Part shown: positions 49,441 through 59,732 of the stretch, piece by piece
Position numbering within the stretch: the stretch's first letter is position 1
How the letters are laid out: each line of letters begins with the position of its first letter
Assembly: GCA_050952625.1 (NCBI GenBank)
Contig: JBMNLH010000001.1
Coordinates: forward strand, 768,001-832,000
Direction: 5' to 3'
Length of the DNA stretch: 64,000 nt
Source: Bacillota bacterium
GTDB taxonomy: Bacteria > Bacillota > Ch66 > Ch109
Made by a program: the position numbers and the translations under genes
Notes under the pieces: generated by a model
What the model saw: only the letters and a program-made list of their open reading frames with translations
Databases searched by the model: none
Told to the model about the DNA's origin: nothing

Positions 49441-50220
49441 ATGAAGTCAGTGTTAGATAAAACTAGGGCAATCAACCGGTTATTACAGACCACAGCCGGT
49501 AAACCAGTCAGTTTTCGGGAAATGGCGGAGGTACTAAGAGATAACATAGTCTGCAATGTCTACATCATTGGTCGACGCGGCAAAATCTTAGGGCATGCTT
49601 TTATGGAAGATTTTTATTGTGCTACCATGGATAACATGGTAGGAAAAGCGGATTTCCCTGGACACTTTAATACAGATATGCTGGCGATAACCCAAACTCG
49701 AGCCAATATTAGTGAGCATAATCATGACTGCTTCTTTGGCGTTCAGGGGATAATTTGCCCTCAACATTACAAAATGATTACAGTTATTCCAATTATCGGT
49801 GGAGGTGAACGTTTAGGTACTCTGGTATTGGCGAAAACAGAAGGAGAATTTACGGATGGGGATATGGTATTAGGCGAGTATGGGGCAACTGTGGTCGCTG
49901 TCGAAATAGTCCGATCCAATGCTGAAAAAGCGGAAGAAGTGGCTAGGCGTAAAGCAGCGGTCCAAATTGCCCTCGGTACCTTATCCTATTCAGAAAGGGA
50001 AGCCGTAGAACACATTTTTGCCGAACTAGAAGGCAATGAGGGTCTCTTAGTTGCCAGTAAAATTGCCGATCGGGTTGGGATTACTCGGTCAGTTATTGTA
50101 AGTGCTCTGCGTAAGTTTGAAAGTGCCGGTGTTATTGAATCTAAATCTCTGGGAATGAAGGGGACCTTTATTCGGGTACTCAATGAGAACCTGCTCGAGG
50201 AACTCAGCCAGACCAACTAG
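49441..50220 (+). CDS. codY: Global regulator CodY
   Basis: PIIGGGERLGTL, LSYSE, LLVASKIADRVGITRSVIV, SLGMKGT. Confidence 0.97.
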   Translation: MKSVLDKTRAINRLLQTTAGKPVSFREMAEVLRDNIVCNVYIIGRRGKILGHAFMEDFYCATMDNMVGKADFPGHFNTDMLAITQTRANISEHNHDCFFGVQGIICPQHYKMITVIPIIGGGERLGTLVLAKTEGEFTDGDMVLGEYGATVVAVEIVRSNAEKAEEVARRKAAVQIALGTLSYSEREAVEHIFAELEGNEGLLVASKIADRVGITRSVIVSALRKFESAGVIESKSLGMKGTFIRVLNENLLEELSQTN

Positions 50221-50445
50221 ACCTTGAAAAGTTGATTATCAATTAAATTCTTTTCGCAAGCCATCATTTACCAGAAAACATTATTATCTGTTTTATTAGT
50301 GTTGCCGCTAAAAAGTCCATCTTGACTTTTATGTAAAAAAATGCGAAAATATTGTTGGAATAGGTTTAACTTTGAAGCAATGTTATCCAGTGAAATAAAT
50401 TAGATTTCTTAAAGTTGTTTTTTGATTTTAATAGAATGATTATTA

Positions 50446-50528
50446 AACGATAAAGGCAAACCCAGTGAAAGCTGGGGACGCAAAGCCACGGGCCTAAAGC
50501 TGATAGTTATGGTAGCCGGGTTGCCGAA
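50446..50528 (+). ncRNA. Cyclic di-GMP-I (GEMM) riboswitch upstream of the flagellar operon
   Basis: GGCAAACCCAGT-GAAA-GCTGGGGACGCAAAGCCACGGGCCTAA...GGTAGCCGGGTTGCCG; G before GCAAA indicates c-di-GMP rather than cGAMP. Confidence 0.93.
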
Positions 50529-50553
50529 GAAGGTAATTCTGACATATTAATGT

Positions 50554-50583
50554 AAGAGTTCTCTTCGGAGAGCTCTTTTATTT
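50554..50583 (+). terminator. Riboswitch expression-platform terminator
   Basis: AAGAGTTCTC-TTCG-GAGAGCTCTT followed by TTATTT; CCGAAGA (50524-50530) can alternatively pair with TCTTCGG (50562-50568). Confidence 0.85.
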
Positions 50584-50708
50584 GTTTAATTTTAGAATCA
50601 TTATACTAGCAGAAAATCACGATCGATGTAGAACTATTAAGTATTTTGTCGAAATAATTAGGTATATAGTTATTTTTCAAGTTATTCCTACAAATATCCT
50701 CAAATAAA

Positions 50709-50735
50709 AGAGGAAATTTTGGGGCGATATAGAAT
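50709..50735 (+). promoter_or_regulatory. SigH-type promoter immediately upstream of flgB
   Basis: AGAGGAAAT-N11-ATAGAAT, same spacing as the comM and spoVS sites. Confidence 0.5.
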
Positions 50736-50767
50736 TATATTAATCATTTTGATTTGGGGAGGATAAC

Positions 50768-51184
50768 GTGATTGACAAATTTTTTCAGTCTCCGGCTGCA
50801 GCTTGGTTAGAAAAAGGATTAGATGCAACTTCCTTAAGACATCGGGTTTTAGCAAATAATCTGGCTAATGTGGAAACTCCTAATTTTAAACGATCAGAAG
50901 TTAGTTTTGAAGCGGAATTAAAGGATCGACTAAGAGAGAAAAACTGTCTGCCTCTGGTACGGACGCATCCTAAACACCGACCTAATATTCAACCAATCAG
51001 TCAAATAGTTCCCAGTATAAAAACAGATGCAAGCCAGACAATGCGGAATGACGGTAATAACGTCGATGTTGAGGCGGAGATGGCTAAACTGTCGATTAAC
51101 ACGATTCAATACAATACTTTGATCCAACAGCTAGGGAGTCACTTTTCCCGCTTGCGTAGTGCGATTAATGAAGGGGGGCGATAA
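50768..51184 (+). CDS. flgB: Flagellar basal-body rod protein
   Basis: LANNLANVETPNFK, RNDGNNVDVEAEM. Confidence 0.95.
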   Translation: MIDKFFQSPAAAWLEKGLDATSLRHRVLANNLANVETPNFKRSEVSFEAELKDRLREKNCLPLVRTHPKHRPNIQPISQIVPSIKTDASQTMRNDGNNVDVEAEMAKLSINTIQYNTLIQQLGSHFSRLRSAINEGGR

Positions 51185-51186
51185 AT

Positions 51187-51627
51187 ATGGGATTGTTTGA
51201 CGCTATAAGCATAAGTGCTTCTGGTTTAACTGCTGAACGTCTCCGCATGGATGTAATCTCAAATAATATTGCCAACGCAAATACCACTCGAACCGAGGAG
51301 GGAGGGCCGTACCGTCGTCAGATGGTGATCTTCCAGGCCCGGGAGGGAGAAACATCTTCCTTTTATGATCTGCTGCAGAGAAAAGTTCAACCCGGAACCG
51401 GTGTCAGAGCGGTTAAAATAGTTAAGGATCCCTCACCGTTAAGGCAGGTTTATGATCCAAGCCATCCTGATGCTGATCAACAAGGCTTGGTTAATTTGCC
51501 AAATGTTAATATTGTTGCTGAAATGGTTGACCTGATTGCAGCAACTAGAGCTTACGAGGCGAATGTGACTGCCCTCAATTCAACTAAAACAATGGCAAAC
51601 CGCGCTTTAGAAATAGGACGGAGCTGA
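51187..51627 (+). CDS. flgC: Flagellar basal-body rod protein
   Basis: ISASGLTAERLRMDVISNNIAN, YDPSHPDA, RAYEAN. Confidence 0.96.
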   Translation: MGLFDAISISASGLTAERLRMDVISNNIANANTTRTEEGGPYRRQMVIFQAREGETSSFYDLLQRKVQPGTGVRAVKIVKDPSPLRQVYDPSHPDADQQGLVNLPNVNIVAEMVDLIAATRAYEANVTALNSTKTMANRALEIGRS

Positions 51628-51682
51628 TTTGAAGATTAAATATAGTGATTGTTCTAGAAAATAATTTATTGAGGTGGTTAAT

Positions 51683-51982
51683 GTGAAGCTGGAACTTGTT
51701 TCCATACCTCGGTCACCTTCTTTAGTTGAATGGTCTAAACCCGAAATGAGTCAGCCAGAAGGGATAAGTTTTTCTCAGTATTTAGGACAGGCAATACAAG
51801 ATGTTGATTCCATGCAAAAAGAGGCTGATCAGACGGCTTTAAAAGTGGTCACCGGTGAAATTAATGAAATACATCAAGCGACAATCGCTGCGGAAAAAGC
51901 CAGTCTGTCTCTGCAATTAGCTCTTCAGATCCGCAGTAAAGTATTAGAGGCTTATCAAGAGATAATGCGAATGCCGGTTTAG
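51683..51982 (+). CDS. fliE: Hook-basal body protein
   Basis: EKASLSLQL..QIRSKVLEAYQEIMRMPV. Confidence 0.94.
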   Translation: MKLELVSIPRSPSLVEWSKPEMSQPEGISFSQYLGQAIQDVDSMQKEADQTALKVVTGEINEIHQATIAAEKASLSLQLALQIRSKVLEAYQEIMRMPV

Positions 51983-52059
51983 TTATGATCAAATCAGTGA
52001 GTTTTAAGTTATAACAATTATAGAAACATAACGTCGGTTTTTATTGAGGTTTAACTAAA

Positions 52060-53616
52060 ATGGCAGAATACTGGAATAACTTTAAGGAAAAATTTTTAAG
52101 TTACTGGAATGCTTGGTCACCGAATCAAAAAGTATTGGCAGCTGGGGGAGTTCTTTTTTTTGTACTAGCATTGATCATGGCAACTTGGGCCCTAACTCGC
52201 TCTGAAGAAATGGAACCTTTGTATACTCGTTTAGAAGCTAATGACGCTGCCGGAATCACTGAAAAATTAAAAGAGATGAAGATTCCTTATGAACTAACGG
52301 ACAGCGGTACGACCATCTTGGTGCCACCTGACTTAAAATATCAAACCCGCCTTGATTTAGCGGCCACTGGGTTGCCACGAGGAACTGTTGGTTTTGAAAG
52401 CCTGGAAGAGACCCGATTTGGAGAAACATCTAGAGATAAAGAAATCAAATTTAACTTAGCTCTTCAGGGTGAATTGGCCAGAACGATTGGACATTTACAG
52501 GGGATTGAGCAGGCCTGGGTCTACCTAACGATCCCGGAGACAGCTCTTTTTACCAAAGATCAGGCAGAACGAACAGCTTCGGTCATGGTAAAAATTAACC
52601 CGGGATTAGAGCTGCAGCCTGAGCAGATCAAAGGAATTGTACATATGGTGGCTAAAGGTGTTGAAGGGTTAAAACCCGAAAATGTAACAGTAATCGATAT
52701 TAATGGTCGGATCCTATCTGAAGATATTGTTAATGCCAATTCACAAATGTTTACTAATAAATTAACCGCTAACCAACTAGAGATTCAAAAACAATTTGAA
52801 AGAGACATTTCGCAAAACATTCAATCAATGCTGGAACGTGTTGTTGGTTATGGCAATGCGGTGGTCCGGGTTCGAGCCGAGCTGGACTTCGATCAAAAGG
52901 AAATTGTCGATGAACAATGGGGCGACCGGGTCCCGCGGAGTACTCAGAATACTGAAGAAATAACTCGGGGTCAAAACGCGCCCATGGAGAATGTTGTCGG
53001 TACGGATGTAAATATTCCGGAATACCCAGCGGTGAATAACCAGAACACTAATTTTGAGCAGCAAAAGACAACTAGTATCGTCAATAATGAGATAAATCGG
53101 ACTGAAACCCACCAGGTGGTTGCTCCAGGGGCCATTCGACGTCTAACCGTGGCTGTGGTCGTCAATGGAGAGCAATTGCCGGCTGAACGTTTGACCGCGA
53201 TTGAGCAGGCGGCTCGAATGGCCGCCGGCATTCAGGATCAACGGGGTGATCAGCTAACAGTCAGTGCCGTGCCGTTTGATACAACCTATTGGGAACGACT
53301 ACAAGCCCAGATAGATGCGGATGCTCGGCAGGCAGCCATCCAGAAGTGGGGGATAATCGGGGGGATTATCCTAGCATTGCTCTTGATTGGAGTCATTGCT
53401 TACATGGCAGTCCGCCGCCGTCGCGCTCCGGTACTCGATACAACGATTGACGAGCCTATCCTAGTTGAGGAGTTGCTGGATATTGAAGAAACAGTCCTTT
53501 CACCGGAAGAACAGGAAAAGTTGAAAATGAGGGAACAGATAGAAAGCCTAGCCAAAGATAAACCGGAAGAAATAGCCAAGTTGCTTCAGGTTTGGTTGGC
53601 CGAAGATCAGAGGTGA
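52060..53616 (+). CDS. fliF: Flagellar M-ring protein
   Basis: Two TMs, GFE, ALQGELARTI, TASV, RRLTVAVVV. Confidence 0.94.
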   Translation: MAEYWNNFKEKFLSYWNAWSPNQKVLAAGGVLFFVLALIMATWALTRSEEMEPLYTRLEANDAAGITEKLKEMKIPYELTDSGTTILVPPDLKYQTRLDLAATGLPRGTVGFESLEETRFGETSRDKEIKFNLALQGELARTIGHLQGIEQAWVYLTIPETALFTKDQAERTASVMVKINPGLELQPEQIKGIVHMVAKGVEGLKPENVTVIDINGRILSEDIVNANSQMFTNKLTANQLEIQKQFERDISQNIQSMLERVVGYGNAVVRVRAELDFDQKEIVDEQWGDRVPRSTQNTEEITRGQNAPMENVVGTDVNIPEYPAVNNQNTNFEQQKTTSIVNNEINRTETHQVVAPGAIRRLTVAVVVNGEQLPAERLTAIEQAARMAAGIQDQRGDQLTVSAVPFDTTYWERLQAQIDADARQAAIQKWGIIGGIILALLLIGVIAYMAVRRRRAPVLDTTIDEPILVEELLDIEETVLSPEEQEKLKMREQIESLAKDKPEEIAKLLQVWLAEDQR

Positions 53617-53621
53617 TAATT

Positions 53622-54638
53622 GTGACAGTAGTAGCCGGCAAGGTCCTGAGTGGTAGGCAAAAAGCAGCCATATTAATGATCTACCTTGGCTCAGATCTAT
53701 CATCGAAGGTCTTTCGTAATTTAGGAGAAGACGATATTGAACAGCTAACTATGGAAATCGCTAATTTGCGAAAAATTACTAGTGACAAAAGGGATGCGGT
53801 TATTGAAGAGTTCTATCAGATGTGCCTGGCGTCAGAGTACCTCTCACAAGGGGGGATAGAGTACGCCAAAGATGTCTTAGAAAGAGCTCTTGGCAACCAA
53901 AAGGCAATGGAGATTCTTCACCGGATTACCGCAACCCTAGCTGTTCGACCCTTTGATTTTGTTCGGAAAACTGACCCGGCCCAGTTACTAAACTTTATCC
54001 AGGGCGAACACCCGCAAACCATTGCTTTGGTTATTGCTTATTTAGATCCGGAGAAGGCAGCGATTGTGCTTTCTGCCTTACCTCAGGATCGGCAGGCAGA
54101 TGTAGCTAGACGGATTGCTGTGATGGACCGAACTTCGCCAGAGATAATAAAAGAGGTAGAAAGGGTTTTAGAACGCAAACTATCTTCGGTAGTTCCTCAA
54201 GAAGTTATGGCTGCCGGTGGAGTACAATCGGTCGTCCAAGTATTGAATCGGGTTGACCGGAGTACCGAGAAAACAATTATGGAAACCCTGGAGATCCAGG
54301 ATCCCGAACTAGCCGAAGAGATTAAAAAGCTAATGTTCGTCTTTGAGGATATTGTGCAACTCGACGATCGGTCAATCCAACGCATTTTACGCGAAATTGA
54401 TAGTCACGATTTGGCCTTGGCTCTGAAGGGTACTGGTGAAGAGGTGGCTGCCAAGATCATGCGGAATATGTCTAAACGTGCTTCGGAAATGTTAAAGGAA
54501 GATATCGACTTTATGGGTCCGGTACGTTTGCGAGATGTAGAAGAAGCTCAGCAGCGGATTGTCGCTAGCATTCGGAGACTTGAAGAGGCCGGCGAGATCA
54601 TCATCGCCCGCGGAGGAGGGGATGAGATCATTGTCTAG
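53622..54638 (+). CDS. fliG: Motor switch protein
   Basis: QKAAIL, EHPQTIALV, MFVFEDI, GPVRLRDVEEAQ. Confidence 0.97.
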   Translation: MTVVAGKVLSGRQKAAILMIYLGSDLSSKVFRNLGEDDIEQLTMEIANLRKITSDKRDAVIEEFYQMCLASEYLSQGGIEYAKDVLERALGNQKAMEILHRITATLAVRPFDFVRKTDPAQLLNFIQGEHPQTIALVIAYLDPEKAAIVLSALPQDRQADVARRIAVMDRTSPEIIKEVERVLERKLSSVVPQEVMAAGGVQSVVQVLNRVDRSTEKTIMETLEIQDPELAEEIKKLMFVFEDIVQLDDRSIQRILREIDSHDLALALKGTGEEVAAKIMRNMSKRASEMLKEDIDFMGPVRLRDVEEAQQRIVASIRRLEEAGEIIIARGGGDEIIV

Positions 54639-55428
54639 GATTATTAAGGCATCAAGTTTGATCTTCAATGAGACTGTTCGGCTGGCCCTAGTAAAACCGG
54701 CTGCAGTATCTTATCTAAATAAAGAGATCAAATCGGCGGAGGCCGAAATGAGAGAGCCTTCGTTTAATGAAGAAATGGCTAATAAACTCATGAAAGAGAC
54801 AAAAGATAAGGTTCGGGAACTGCTTGATCAGGCCCGTTTGCAAGCCCAAGAGATAGTTGATTCCGCTCGGGCTGAAGCGGAACAGATTAAGCAAGCGGTT
54901 GCAGAAGAGGCTGAAATAATAAAGGGAAAAAGTCGAGAGGAAGGATATCAGGCCGGATTTCAAACGGGTAAACAACAAGCAGTTCAGGAAACTGAGCAGG
55001 CACGCCAGGCGATAATTAGCGAAGCCCAGGCTATCTTGGAAAAGGCCCAAATCGACCGTGAAAAGATGCTGGCTGAAGTCGAGCCGCAAGTCGTACAACT
55101 GGCGATTGAATTGGCCAGAAAGGTGATCTGGCGCGAACTATCAATTAATCCTGAGACGATCCGTGATATAGCTCGAGAAGCACTGGCACGTGCCGGTAGG
55201 ACCGGCGAGCTGGTGATTAAAGTAAGTAAAGATTTCTACGAACCCCTGAATGCCGGACTAAAGGAAATAGTTTCGGAAGAGGAGCGACGGCATTGTCGGG
55301 TAGAAATTGATGATACGGTAGAGCCGGGGGGATGTATTGTTGATACCGGTGCGGGTTATGTCGATGCTCAAATAACCAGTCAGTTAGATAGAATTGTTGG
55401 GGTCTTCAATCAGGTGAATCCTTTATGA
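54631..55428 (+). CDS. fliH: Flagellar export protein
   Basis: EEGYQAGFQTG GxxxG repeats, GGCIVDT..G.VDA; between fliG and fliI. Confidence 0.9.
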   Translation: MSRIIKASSLIFNETVRLALVKPAAVSYLNKEIKSAEAEMREPSFNEEMANKLMKETKDKVRELLDQARLQAQEIVDSARAEAEQIKQAVAEEAEIIKGKSREEGYQAGFQTGKQQAVQETEQARQAIISEAQAILEKAQIDREKMLAEVEPQVVQLAIELARKVIWRELSINPETIRDIAREALARAGRTGELVIKVSKDFYEPLNAGLKEIVSEEERRHCRVEIDDTVEPGGCIVDTGAGYVDAQITSQLDRIVGVFNQVNPL

Positions 55429-56741
55429 GTAAGTTAAACCTTGCCCCTTATTTTGAAACGCTTAGACAGGTTGACCCGATTAGTAAAAAAGGTAAGATTG
55501 CTCAGGTAGTCGGTTTATCTATTGAATCGGAAGGTCCTCAGGTCAACCTAGGAGAACTGTGTGAGATCCGGACCCGAGCGGGAAACGGCGGTCTACTGGC
55601 TGAGGTAGTTGGATTCCGGGAAGAACGGACCCTGTTAATGCCTTTAGGAGAGATGGATGGGCTTGGCCCAGGTTGTGCGGTAACTGCCACTGGACAAAGC
55701 TTTCAGATAGCGGTGGGACCAGAATTGGTTGGGAGAATCCTGGATGGTCTGGGTAATCCGATAGATGAAGCTGGTGTTCTGGGATGCAAAGAGTATTATC
55801 CAGTAATGAATAATCCACCCAATCCATTACGACGTAAACGGATTGAACAGCCGCTCTCAGTGGGGGTTAGGGCAATTGATGGGCTGTTGACTTGTGGCAA
55901 AGGCCAACGACTCGGGATTTTTGCGGGAAGTGGGGTTGGTAAGAGTACCTTGTTGGGGATGGTGGCCCGCAATACCAGTGCGGATATTAATGTGATTGCC
56001 TTGATTGGGGAGCGAGGCCGTGAGGTTCGGGAGTTTTTGGAGCGGGATCTTGGACCTGAAGGACAAAAGCGATCAGTGGTTGTGATCGCGACTTCAGAAC
56101 AGCCGGCTTTAGTAAGATTAAAAGGGGCATTTGTGGCCACCACTATTGCTGAGTATTTTCGAGACCAAGGTCTTGATGTCATGCTGATGATGGATTCGGT
56201 TACCCGCTTTGCCATGGCGCAGCGAGAAGTTGGTTTAACAGTTGGTGAACCACCGGCTACCCGAGGGTATACTCCATCTGTATTCGCCTTGCTTCCTAAA
56301 TTACTGGAAAGGTCAGGCACCTCGGAAAAGGGTACGATTACCGGTTTATATACGGTCCTGGTAGATGGTGATGATATGAACGAACCGATTGCTGACGCGG
56401 TACGGGGTATTCTGGATGGGCACATTGTCTTGTCCCGCGAATTAGCCGCTCAAAACCACTATCCGGCAATCGATATTTTAAATAGTGTTAGTCGGGTAAT
56501 GATAGAGATCGTTAATAATGAGCACCGGCAGGCAGCCAATAAGATGCGGAGTGTTATGGCCACTTATCAGGATGCCCGAGATTTAGTCAATATCGGGGCC
56601 TACACCCCTGGTTCCAATCCCAAAATAGATTACGCCTTGGCCTCGATAGATGCTTGTCTTGAATTCTTACAACAGGATATCCATGAACGAACTTCTTATA
56701 AGACAACTCTTAAACATCTGTTGAGATTATTTAATACTTAG
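55425..56741 (+). CDS. fliI: Flagellar export ATPase
   Basis: FAGSGVGKSTL, GERGREV, MDSVTRFAMAQRE, DGHIVLSR. Confidence 0.97.
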   Translation: MSKLNLAPYFETLRQVDPISKKGKIAQVVGLSIESEGPQVNLGELCEIRTRAGNGGLLAEVVGFREERTLLMPLGEMDGLGPGCAVTATGQSFQIAVGPELVGRILDGLGNPIDEAGVLGCKEYYPVMNNPPNPLRRKRIEQPLSVGVRAIDGLLTCGKGQRLGIFAGSGVGKSTLLGMVARNTSADINVIALIGERGREVREFLERDLGPEGQKRSVVVIATSEQPALVRLKGAFVATTIAEYFRDQGLDVMLMMDSVTRFAMAQREVGLTVGEPPATRGYTPSVFALLPKLLERSGTSEKGTITGLYTVLVDGDDMNEPIADAVRGILDGHIVLSRELAAQNHYPAIDILNSVSRVMIEIVNNEHRQAANKMRSVMATYQDARDLVNIGAYTPGSNPKIDYALASIDACLEFLQQDIHERTSYKTTLKHLLRLFNT

Positions 56742-56787
56742 TTGGACTAATGTTATGCAAATTTATAAATAAGAGGTGTTTCTAAGA

Positions 56788-57237
56788 ATGCGTCGGTTTA
56801 AATTTCGTCTGCAAACAAGTCTGAATGTGGCCTTAATGCGGGAAGACATCCAGCGCCAAGAACTACACAGTTGTCAAACTGCTTATCAAGAAGGCCTGGC
56901 AATCTTGCAGCAACAACAGAAACAATACGCTCTATTGATGTCGGAACTCCGAAATATTCAACGCCATCGGCTGCAGATTGAAACTGTTCAACTATATCAA
57001 GAGTTTATGCTGACCTTAGACCAGATGATTAAAGAGCAGAACAAAATTGTTAATGAATTGTATCAAGAATTAGAACAATGTCGGATAAAATTGCTCAGGT
57101 TGATGAGGAACCGCAAGGTTCTAGAAAAACTGAAAGAGCGTTACTGGTTCAAATATCAGCGCGAGGTTATGAGTGAAGAACAAAAGCAAAATGATGAATT
57201 GGCCATAATTCGTTTTGCTAGCGGGATTTCGAGCTAA
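56788..57237 (+). CDS. fliJ: Flagellar export chaperone
   Basis: FKFRLQ N-terminus, KVLEKLKE, EQKQNDE. Confidence 0.9.
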   Translation: MRRFKFRLQTSLNVALMREDIQRQELHSCQTAYQEGLAILQQQQKQYALLMSELRNIQRHRLQIETVQLYQEFMLTLDQMIKEQNKIVNELYQELEQCRIKLLRLMRNRKVLEKLKERYWFKYQREVMSEEQKQNDELAIIRFASGISS

Positions 57238-57418
57238 CCCACATTAATCTAAAGTCACTTTCAGACAATGCCAAATTATCATCGCGCACTCATTTTTTAC
57301 TATGGCGGATCGGTGTCAAAATTGATCTCATAGATATATACGTTTCACGCCCGGCCAATAAGCGGGTTAAACAAAACATTTATTTGATTTATTTTATTAT
57401 TCTATTTAGAGATAAAGG

Positions 57419-58102
57419 GTGTTTGTTTTGACAGGAGCAAAGGCTTCCCAAACTACTTCCAATAACAGCTTGAAAACGGGTAGTTCGCCAAGTGTGTCGA
57501 ACAAGGAAGTTGAAGAGGATATATTGCCGGAACGTCGTTCAATATGGTCGGTTAAGCTCGTAGTTTTATCACTGCTGATCGTGGCGGCTGGTTTGTTGGT
57601 AGGAGCCCAGCTAGCCGGTTGGATAGATCTGCGTCAATTGGCTGCCCGGATTCCCGGCGTAGAAAGGTTTAATAGTTCAAGCGGAACCGACTCGACTCCG
57701 GTAGTAACCGGCGTCAGTCTGATGGAAAAAGAAAACCTGGAACTCAAAAGAAAAATCCAGGAACAAGAAGACTTGCTGCAGGGAATTTTGGGGGAGAAAC
57801 AGGCTTTAGAAGAAAATAAACTGGCCTTGGAGCAAAAGATTCAAGATTTGGAAAAGAAAGTAACTCTCATGAACAGTGAACAGTCATCGGAGGAGGATGT
57901 AGATTATCAGCAATTAGCCGATTATTATGCAGAGATGAAACCAGCAGCAGTGGTGGCGATTATGGATAATTTGGATGACGAAACAGTGCTTGGTATTTTA
58001 AAAGAAATGGAATTCGATCAGGTAGCCAAGATTTTAACCGCAATGCAGCCTGATCGGGCCGCTCGGCTGTCAACCATGTTTACCACCAAGACTTCGCCAT
58101 AA
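57419..58102 (+). CDS. YlxF/MotE-family flagellar protein
   Basis: One TM, coiled coil, Y.EMKP......IL..M...RAA (MgtE N-like). Confidence 0.8.
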   Translation: MFVLTGAKASQTTSNNSLKTGSSPSVSNKEVEEDILPERRSIWSVKLVVLSLLIVAAGLLVGAQLAGWIDLRQLAARIPGVERFNSSSGTDSTPVVTGVSLMEKENLELKRKIQEQEDLLQGILGEKQALEENKLALEQKIQDLEKKVTLMNSEQSSEEDVDYQQLADYYAEMKPAAVVAIMDNLDDETVLGILKEMEFDQVAKILTAMQPDRAARLSTMFTTKTSP

Positions 58103-58130
58103 AGCTTGGCTTTTGAAAGGAGGTGATAAG

Positions 58131-59720
58131 GTGAATTATCTGCCATTTAATTTAGAAACAGCTATCTCAACCAAGAAAAATAGTTTTCTCGGGGGAAATA
58201 GAAAAACCAACTGGGGCGGCATAGATAAAAAATCTTTTAAGCAAATGCTTGTATCCCAGCTTGATCAAACGAGTGATCCGAAGAAGGTTTCCTTACCTGA
58301 TAAGCAAAAAGTGAGATTCAATTCATCTGCTAAGAAGCCCGAGTCGGTTAGGGAACAGAATGCAAAAATGACCACAGATGATGTTTCCCCAAAAACTCCT
58401 GCATCTCCAACGCCAGATGAAAAGCACGACGCAAGTTTGAAACCTGAGAAAACGATAGTCAATCCTAACAGCCAGGAAACAAAGAAGATAGATAAGAAGG
58501 ACCCGGAGATCAGGGCGGATATCCCAACAGATTTGCTGCTCCTTGGGACACTAATTGGGCGAATTTCCGGTCATAATCAGATGGATAATCAAATTGCTGA
58601 AATCATTGGTTTCAAGGAGCAAGGAGGGGTTTTGCTCAATCAGGTTAAGCCGGTGGAACAGATACTCAAAGAAAACAGTGCCTGGCAGCAATTATTAAAG
58701 CAAGTGGGTATTAACCCGGAAGGGTTTTCTCCGGACCAGCTTAAACAGGTGTTTAACGGGAATGACCCCAAATGGCAACTACTGCAGCCGGCAGGGATTA
58801 AGCCAGTTGAGTTTTCTCGAAGTTCGCCGGTTGACTTGAGCCAGGTCACAGCTACAGAGGAAAAATCTGGGGCCTCTATCAATAAAGAGATATTATCAAG
58901 CAACTTGAGATTGATCCAGTCCTTAGACAGCAATCAAGTTGCCGGTTCTAACCTAGCAAACAATCCAGAGGATATATCCGCTGGACCACCTGCCTTAACT
59001 AAAGATGGGATGGTACATTTACATTTAATACAACCGAAAGAGGGTCACCCACAGTCAAACCAAAGTAGCTCAGCAGAAGAAACTACAGGCCCTGATAGCT
59101 TACTTTCGAAGGTTAAGGCTGCATTCTTGAAGCCCAATACCAGTATGGATGAGGGAGTCGCTGGTTTAGAGGAGGATGAATTAGCTTACTTGCAACCGTC
59201 GCCGACTAAGGCCGACCTGATTGACTCTAAGACCTCGGCGTTGACCAGAAGTCAAAAAACTATTCGCCCTCAGCAACTTTTCCAGCAGCTTGTTCAGAAG
59301 GCTCAGGTGATGGTTAAAGAAGGCCTGTCCGAATTACAAATTCAGTTAAAACCGGAGTTTCTTGGCCGGCTCAACTTGCACTTAGCCGTTGAAAATGGGT
59401 TGATTACCGCGCGGTTTATGGCGGAAAATCTTCAGGTCAAGCAGATTATCGAGTCCAATCTCAATCAGCTTAAACAATCGCTAGGGGAACAAGGTTTGCA
59501 AGTTGATCGGCTCGAGGTTTCCGTCGGCGGTGGCTCAACTAACCAACAGTTTAGCCAACACCAGGCTTATTATTCGCCTAACCAGGGTGAATCTAATTAT
59601 GGTCAGTTCAATCGGGGAGCGTACTTGGAATCAGCCGCTGATGAGATTAAGGAATATGCAAGTGAAATGTCCTCTCATTGGGATACATGGTTAAATGAAG
59701 GAATCAATTACCTGGCGTAA
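58131..59720 (+). CDS. fliK: Hook-length control protein
   Basis: Low-complexity N-terminus; IQLKPEFLGRL, IESNLNQLKQSL.EQGL. Confidence 0.9.
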   Translation: MNYLPFNLETAISTKKNSFLGGNRKTNWGGIDKKSFKQMLVSQLDQTSDPKKVSLPDKQKVRFNSSAKKPESVREQNAKMTTDDVSPKTPASPTPDEKHDASLKPEKTIVNPNSQETKKIDKKDPEIRADIPTDLLLLGTLIGRISGHNQMDNQIAEIIGFKEQGGVLLNQVKPVEQILKENSAWQQLLKQVGINPEGFSPDQLKQVFNGNDPKWQLLQPAGIKPVEFSRSSPVDLSQVTATEEKSGASINKEILSSNLRLIQSLDSNQVAGSNLANNPEDISAGPPALTKDGMVHLHLIQPKEGHPQSNQSSSAEETTGPDSLLSKVKAAFLKPNTSMDEGVAGLEEDELAYLQPSPTKADLIDSKTSALTRSQKTIRPQQLFQQLVQKAQVMVKEGLSELQIQLKPEFLGRLNLHLAVENGLITARFMAENLQVKQIIESNLNQLKQSLGEQGLQVDRLEVSVGGGSTNQQFSQHQAYYSPNQGESNYGQFNRGAYLESAADEIKEYASEMSSHWDTWLNEGINYLA

Positions 59721-59732
59721 GGAGGAAATAGC

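Noticed and set aside
55796-56425. 209-aa antisense ORF in fliI and the many other short shadow ORFs
   Set aside because: Fully overlap well-supported genes and show no family motifs
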